A stretch of DNA of 64,000 nt from Candidatus Multivorans sp. (GTDB taxonomy: Bacteria; Acidobacteriota; Thermoanaerobaculia; Multivoradales; Multivoraceae): positions 1 through 64,000 of the forward strand of contig CBDCYE010000001.1 in the NCBI GenBank assembly GCA_965224025.1, read 5' to 3'. Below, piece after piece: positions 58,784-64,000 of this stretch. Position numbers and translations under genes: made by a program. Each line of letters starts with the position of its first letter. Position 1 is the stretch's first letter. The notes beneath the pieces were generated by a model. That model searched no databases. It saw nothing but the letters and a program-made list of their open reading frames with translations, and had not been told where the DNA came from.

Positions 58784-61078
58784 ATGACGTCGCTGGCCTT
58801 CCTGATTCTGGTGGCGGCCGTAGCCGCGCCGCTGCAACCCACCGCCTGGGCCCAGACCGCCGACGAAGTGGACCTCACCGTCCACCTGAACGCCATCGCG
58901 ACCCGCGAAGAAGCGCCGTCCGGCGATGTGACGATCGAGTTCACCGAAGCCTCGACCCGCGAACCCGTGGCGTCCTACGTTGTCGAGGCGTCTTCGGACG
59001 AGCAGACCCTCCAGGTCACCGTGCCGGCGCTCGAGTCGCGTTCCGGCTGGTTCGCCGCCGCGCGCTCGCCCGGCTGGTGGAGTTCGACTGCTTACATCGC
59101 CCCGGACGCCCGGGAAGTGTCGCTCACACTGGTTCCCGAGGGCGTCGTGCGCTTCGCCATCGACGGCACCGACAAGGGAGTCGACCTCCTGCGGACCGGC
59201 CAGGTCTGGATCGGCGGCCGGGTCGGCAGTCGCGGTGTGCGCCTCGAGCGACGAATCTACGGCGGGCCCTGCGAGGTCGACCGTGAGCCGGACCGGCGCG
59301 AGGTGCTGGTCGCCTGTCCCTTCGCCCGGGACGAAACGGTGGACCTGCGCGTCCGGTTGGGCCTGTTCCTGCCGCTTCTACGTTCTGAAGTGACCGTCAC
59401 GGCCGACACCGACCTGGGGCTGATCGAGCCGGTCCGGGGCGCGGTTGTGACGGGCAGCGTGGCTTCGGCCGACGGCTCGAGCCACCGGTTCGGGATGAGG
59501 CAGCGGGATTCGCACCTGGCATTCGGCTGGTCGGCTTGGACCGACGCCGGCGGCGTCTTCGCATTCGAGGGGCTGTCGCCCGGTGCATACGAACTCCGGT
59601 TGGCCGGCTCCGACGGCGACAGTTGGCCGGTGCGCATCGAGTCGCTGAACGACCGGATCGACCTGGGTCAGCTCGAGTCGGCGGCAGCGAATCTGCTGAC
59701 CGTTTCCTTCCTGGCGCCCAGCGCCGTGGAGATCGGCAATCTGAGACCGATCGTGTTCGCCGCGACGCTCGGGCCTGATGGTGAGGTCGAGAACCGGGGT
59801 CGTATGTTCGAGTTCGACGAGCGGGGAACGGACGGTTCCTTCGTGTGGCGTGGCCTGCCGGCGGGTGACTATCAGGTCGAGGTGGCGGACAATCGCGGAA
59901 ATCGCTGGCACCATGAAGTGGTCCGTTTCTTCGGCCAGGACCACTACTACGTCGAACTCGATGCGGTGCCGCTGGTCGGGCGGATCGAGCGTGGCGGGGA
60001 GCCGCTGGAGGACGTGTTGGTCTGGTTCGGTGGCATGTGGGGCTTCGAACGAGTTTCGTTCCGGAGCCATGAGGAGGGCCGCTTCAGTGGCCTGTTGCCG
60101 CGCGAGGGCTTCTGGCCGGTCGAGGTCACTCCGGCGCCCGGCTGCGATCCCTGCGAAGGCGGTTGGGACTCGGATGGTTGGGACGGTTTCGATGACCGCG
60201 AAGTCAACGACGCCGGCAGCTTCGAGATCGAAGCGGATTCCGATGGCGTTGCTCTAGTTCGGATCGAGCTGCCTGCAAGCGTGGTCAGCGGTCGCGTTGT
60301 ACGGCGGAACGTCGTGACGGAGATCCTCGAACCGGTGGAAGACGCATATGTGTGGGTGCGTGCGCTTGAGGAAGTGGCGGGTGAGCCGCGCGACTACCTG
60401 CTGCCGGGCAGTTGGCGCAGAAAGACCGATGCCTCAGGCACGTTCGAAGTCACGGGTCTACCGGAGTGGGTGTACAGCATCTCGGCCAACGGCTGGGTGG
60501 ATGACCGCGAACTCCGGTCGCGGGCGGTGCAGCTTCAGGTAGCGAGCGATGACCGGATCGAGGATCTCGAGCTTCGTTTGGACGACTTGCGGCCCGTGTC
60601 CATCGTTGTCCGTTCGGGCGGTGTTCCTATCTCCGGCGCGCAGACGTTCGTGCTCTTTCCGGCCGGTACACCGAACGTAGTGTCGGGCGAGTACACCGAC
60701 GGCTCAGGCGTGGCTTCGCTCTGGTTGCCGATGGAGGCGGAGGTAGTCGATGTCGTTGTCCGGCTCGAAGGCTTCGGGATGATCGGCTGGCGGTTCGAGG
60801 TTCGGGATGAAGCGCCGTTGGAGGTGGAGATGTCCCCGGATCGCGGCGACCTCCGCGTGCCGGACTCGTGGGACGCGTGGCTGGTCACTCCAGGCGGTGT
60901 CTCGGTCAGAGTCGGGCGCACACTCGCCGCCATAAACGACCGAGGTCAGATTCAGACCGATGGAGACGAGTTCGTTGTGAGGGACCTGGCCCCGGGTACC
61001 TACTCGTACTGCCTGTCGGACGGTGTTTGCAGCACGGTCGATGTCGTGCCCTGGGCCGAGAGCCGGGTGCGGGAGTAA
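58784..61078 (+). CDS. Secreted protein with carboxypeptidase-regulatory-like (Ig/transthyretin-like) repeats; start uncertain (58655-58784)
   Basis: Signal peptide, plus repeated TDAGGVFAFEGLSPGAYEL, TDGSFVWRGLPAGDY and TDASGTFEVTGL. Confidence 0.72.
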   Translation: MTSLAFLILVAAVAAPLQPTAWAQTADEVDLTVHLNAIATREEAPSGDVTIEFTEASTREPVASYVVEASSDEQTLQVTVPALESRSGWFAAARSPGWWSSTAYIAPDAREVSLTLVPEGVVRFAIDGTDKGVDLLRTGQVWIGGRVGSRGVRLERRIYGGPCEVDREPDRREVLVACPFARDETVDLRVRLGLFLPLLRSEVTVTADTDLGLIEPVRGAVVTGSVASADGSSHRFGMRQRDSHLAFGWSAWTDAGGVFAFEGLSPGAYELRLAGSDGDSWPVRIESLNDRIDLGQLESAAANLLTVSFLAPSAVEIGNLRPIVFAATLGPDGEVENRGRMFEFDERGTDGSFVWRGLPAGDYQVEVADNRGNRWHHEVVRFFGQDHYYVELDAVPLVGRIERGGEPLEDVLVWFGGMWGFERVSFRSHEEGRFSGLLPREGFWPVEVTPAPGCDPCEGGWDSDGWDGFDDREVNDAGSFEIEADSDGVALVRIELPASVVSGRVVRRNVVTEILEPVEDAYVWVRALEEVAGEPRDYLLPGSWRRKTDASGTFEVTGLPEWVYSISANGWVDDRELRSRAVQLQVASDDRIEDLELRLDDLRPVSIVVRSGGVPISGAQTFVLFPAGTPNVVSGEYTDGSGVASLWLPMEAEVVDVVVRLEGFGMIGWRFEVRDEAPLEVEMSPDRGDLRVPDSWDAWLVTPGGVSVRVGRTLAAINDRGQIQTDGDEFVVRDLAPGTYSYCLSDGVCSTVDVVPWAESRVRE

Positions 61079-61082
61079 CGGT

Positions 61083-62852
61083 TCAGTTCGCCTCAGCGGC
61101 CGCTTCCGGAGCCGGCACCGAGACTGGCGCTCGCAGCAAGGACATGACCCCCGTCGTCTCGTCGCGGACGCCGACGGCGACCTGGTACCCGCCCTCGGGC
61201 AGGTTCATCGCGACTTCGACCCGGTAGTTGCCGTCCACGGCCGGGACGCCGGTTTCGCCGCCGACGGCGATCGTCTTCTGGCGAACGTTCGTCCGAGCGC
61301 CCTTCTCGTCTTCGACGGCGAGCAGCCAGAGGCGGAGTTGTGCAGTCGCGTTACGTGCCTCGCCGTCCTTGCCCGGCAGCGTCACGATGGATTCGGCGGG
61401 CACGTCAACGCCGACCGTCAGCTCATGGACCTTCTTCTCGAGCGGCGTGGTGCCGCCGAAGTCGACACGCGCTCCGAGAGGATTCTCCGCGTTTCCGAGG
61501 TAAGCGACGGAGAGCAACCGTTCGGCGAGACGTTCGTCCAGTGACTTGTCGCGGTAGGTGCGCCGGTACTCGATCCTCCGGCCCTTGGCGGCGCTGGGCG
61601 CAAGCAGAACGGAGATCTGCCGCACCTGGCCAAACTTGCGTTCCTCGGGAACGAAACCAAGCGAGTACGAGGCGCCGAGTTCTTCGGTCATGTCGTCGAA
61701 CAGAATCGCCAGGTCGTTCGCGTTGATCAGCGCCTTGCCGCCGGTCTCGTTGGCCAGCATGTGCAGCCCGCTCTGGGCGTTCATCGCGTGCAGGCTGACG
61801 TTCTGGAAACTCGGCGTCAGGCCAGGATTGTCGAGCGAGATGTCGGGAGCGGAGCTGCGCACGCCCGCGGCGTCCAGGCCGTAGAACGTGACGCGGTTGG
61901 CGTTCGCGTGAGCTGAGATGCGGTTGAAGCGGCTGCTTTCGTCGTACTGGACCATTTCCGACATCGTTTCCGAGGGCGCGCTTTGACGCAGTGGCGCACA
62001 GAGCTGGTTGCCGAGGTAGTCCAGGACGGAGATCCCCGGACGTTGCGGCAGGCCGTCCGTGATGTGGACGACCGTCTTCTTGCCCGGGACGCCGGCGAGT
62101 GTCGTCACCAGGTCGGCCAGACCGTCGACCGCGATCGCCGTGTTCGTAGCCTGGTTGTTCGCGTACTGCCTCGCCAGCGAAAGCAGCTCGCCCCAGTTGT
62201 CCTCGCAAGGTCGGCAGAACGGCGCCATCTCGCAGAACTCGTGGCTGTCGATCAGGCTCCTGATCGCGAAGCGGCGGCTGCCGCCGCCGTTCTGGATGGC
62301 GCGCGGGGACCCTTTTGGAACGGTCGCGGCCCCTTCCAGGATCGCGTCCAGGTCGCGTGTCGGCGGTACCAGCACGTCGAGCCGGTGGTCGAACCGCGCG
62401 AGCATGAAGCTCGCGTCCATGGACCGCCACGGTTCGACCGCAGCCTCCAGGCGTCGCAGCAGGCGGGTGCGGTGAGACGGGAAGACGTTCGGGTCATCCA
62501 GGTAGAAGACGACGGTGAGCGGACCTTCGTCCGTGGTACCGGGCGTGGTTTCGCTGCGGACGGCAGGGCGTTCTTCGTTGCGGCGGCCGGTCCGTTCCTC
62601 CACGGAGATCGCCGACTCGTAGAAGTTCGAGATCTCGACCGGCTGGCCGTCCACGTACAGCTCGAAGTCCTCGCGCTTCAGATCCTTGACCGGGCGGCCC
62701 TTCTTGTCCGTGACGACGACATCGACCTCGACCACCTGGACATCGACGGAATCGACGAAGGGCTGGGTCGGCTGTGCCGCCGTCGGCCCCGCTGCAAGTA
62801 CGGATCCGAGTAGCAGGGCCAGGAGCGAGATCCTCCGGTTGGCAACAGTCAT
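61083..62852 (-). CDS. VWA-domain protein (acidobacterial VWFA-related type)
   Basis: VEVDVVVTDKKGRPVKDL...DF, PGKKTVVHITDG, LANETGG and YSLGF. Confidence 0.85.
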   Translation of the reverse strand: MTVANRRISLLALLLGSVLAAGPTAAQPTQPFVDSVDVQVVEVDVVVTDKKGRPVKDLKREDFELYVDGQPVEISNFYESAISVEERTGRRNEERPAVRSETTPGTTDEGPLTVVFYLDDPNVFPSHRTRLLRRLEAAVEPWRSMDASFMLARFDHRLDVLVPPTRDLDAILEGAATVPKGSPRAIQNGGGSRRFAIRSLIDSHEFCEMAPFCRPCEDNWGELLSLARQYANNQATNTAIAVDGLADLVTTLAGVPGKKTVVHITDGLPQRPGISVLDYLGNQLCAPLRQSAPSETMSEMVQYDESSRFNRISAHANANRVTFYGLDAAGVRSSAPDISLDNPGLTPSFQNVSLHAMNAQSGLHMLANETGGKALINANDLAILFDDMTEELGASYSLGFVPEERKFGQVRQISVLLAPSAAKGRRIEYRRTYRDKSLDERLAERLLSVAYLGNAENPLGARVDFGGTTPLEKKVHELTVGVDVPAESIVTLPGKDGEARNATAQLRLWLLAVEDEKGARTNVRQKTIAVGGETGVPAVDGNYRVEVAMNLPEGGYQVAVGVRDETTGVMSLLRAPVSVPAPEAAAEAN

Positions 62853-62865
62853 CGGCACTCTCGAT

Positions 62866-64000
62866 TCAATTGGCGATCGCTTCCGTCGATTCCTCGACTC
62901 CGGGTGCAGGCACCGTGACCGGTTCGCGAACCAGCGACATCACCCCCGTCGTCTCGTCCCGGACACCGACGGCGACCTGGTACGCGCCCTCGGGCAGGTT
63001 CATCACGACTTCGACCCGGTAGTTGCCGTCCACGGCCGGGACGCCGGTTTCGCCGCCGACGGCGATCGTCTTCTGGCGAACGTTCGTCCGAGCGCCCTTC
63101 TCGTCTTCGACGGCGAGCAGCCAGAGGCGGAGTTGTGCAGTCGCGTTACGTGCCTCGCCGTCCTTGCCCGGCAACGTCACGATCGCCTCCGCCGGCACTC
63201 TGACGCCGATGGTCAGCTCGTGGACCTTCTTCTCCAGTGGCGTCGTGCCGCCGAACTCGACACTCGCTCCGAGAGGATTCTCCGCGTCTCCGAGGTAAGC
63301 GACGGAGAGCAACCGTTCGGCGAGGCGTTCGTCCAGTGACTCGTCACGGTAGGTGCGCCGGTACTCAATCCTTCGCCCCTTGTCGGCGCCGGGCGCGAGC
63401 AAGACGGAGATTTGTCTTACCCGGCCCAGCTTGCGCTCCTCGGGCACGAAACCAAGGGAGTACGAGGCAGAGAGCTGGCCGGTCATGTCGTCGAACAGAA
63501 TCGCCAGATCGTTCGCGTTGATCAGCGCCTTGCCGCCGGTCTCGTTGGCCAGCAGGTGCAGCCCGCTCTGCGCATTCATCGCGTGCAGGCTGACGTTCTG
63601 GAAACTAGGCGCCCGACTGGGGTGGGTGAGCGAGATGTCGGGAACGGAACTGCGCAGGCCGGCTGCATCCAGGCCGTAGAACGTGACCCGGTTCGCGTTG
63701 GCATGAGCGGAGACGAGGTTGAACCGGCTGCTCTCGTCGTACTGCACCATTTCCGACCTCATCTCCGAGGGCGCGCTGGGCCGCTCGAACGCGCAAAGTT
63801 GATTGCCGAGGTAGTCGAGGACGGAGATCCCCGGCCGTTGCGGCAGGCCGTCCGTCATGTAGACGACCGCCTTCTTGCCCGGCACACCGGCGAGCGTGGT
63901 CACCAGGTCGGCGAGGCCGTCCACTGCGACCGCCGTGTTTGTCGCCTGGTTATCCGCGTATCCTCTCGCCAGGGACAAGAGGTCGCCCCAGTTGTCCTCG
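62866..64000 (-). CDS. Paralogous VWA-domain protein (5' end outside the window)
   Basis: Highly similar to the C-terminal two-thirds of 61083-62852. Confidence 0.85.
   Translation of the reverse strand, partial: EDNWGDLLSLARGYADNQATNTAVAVDGLADLVTTLAGVPGKKAVVYMTDGLPQRPGISVLDYLGNQLCAFERPSAPSEMRSEMVQYDESSRFNLVSAHANANRVTFYGLDAAGLRSSVPDISLTHPSRAPSFQNVSLHAMNAQSGLHLLANETGGKALINANDLAILFDDMTGQLSASYSLGFVPEERKLGRVRQISVLLAPGADKGRRIEYRRTYRDESLDERLAERLLSVAYLGDAENPLGASVEFGGTTPLEKKVHELTIGVRVPAEAIVTLPGKDGEARNATAQLRLWLLAVEDEKGARTNVRQKTIAVGGETGVPAVDGNYRVEVVMNLPEGAYQVAVGVRDETTGVMSLVREPVTVPAPGVEESTEAIAN

Overview
GC-rich bacterial chromosome segment. The tandem acidobacterial-type VWA proteins suggest Acidobacteriota (inference). 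Core content: cbpA/dnaJ-clpB with a HAIR-like operator; an M48/TPR-NHL/PEGA-PDZ/thiO/ferredoxin operon; a TRAP transporter; recA and murB; wcaJ-like and GT4 glycosyltransferases; yceD-rpmF-plsX-fabHDG-acpP-fabF; and a ~16 kb aroD/E-hisZGDCBHAF(IE)-trpEGDCFBA superoperon. Accessory content: an IS1380 whose terminal inverted repeat is split by an RT-deleted group II intron, a decayed island at 24.6-28.7 kb (IS1634 remnant, Cre-like recombinase fragment, NYN nuclease), and an intact IS1634. Best leads: (1) an unannotated 31-aa leader peptide ending WWAHGHGKG with an RBS-sequestering hairpin, a candidate dual Trp+His translational attenuator of the superoperon; (2) a group II intron whose EBS1/EBS2 pair with the IS1380 end; (3) a promoter-structured RNA-terminator-NYN nuclease cassette with type III toxin-antitoxin-like layout; (4) a REP-like palindrome inserted in-frame in several His/Trp enzymes; (5) a degenerate diphthamide-synthase-like/AraC fusion. 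All calls come from reading the sequence; no database searches were run.
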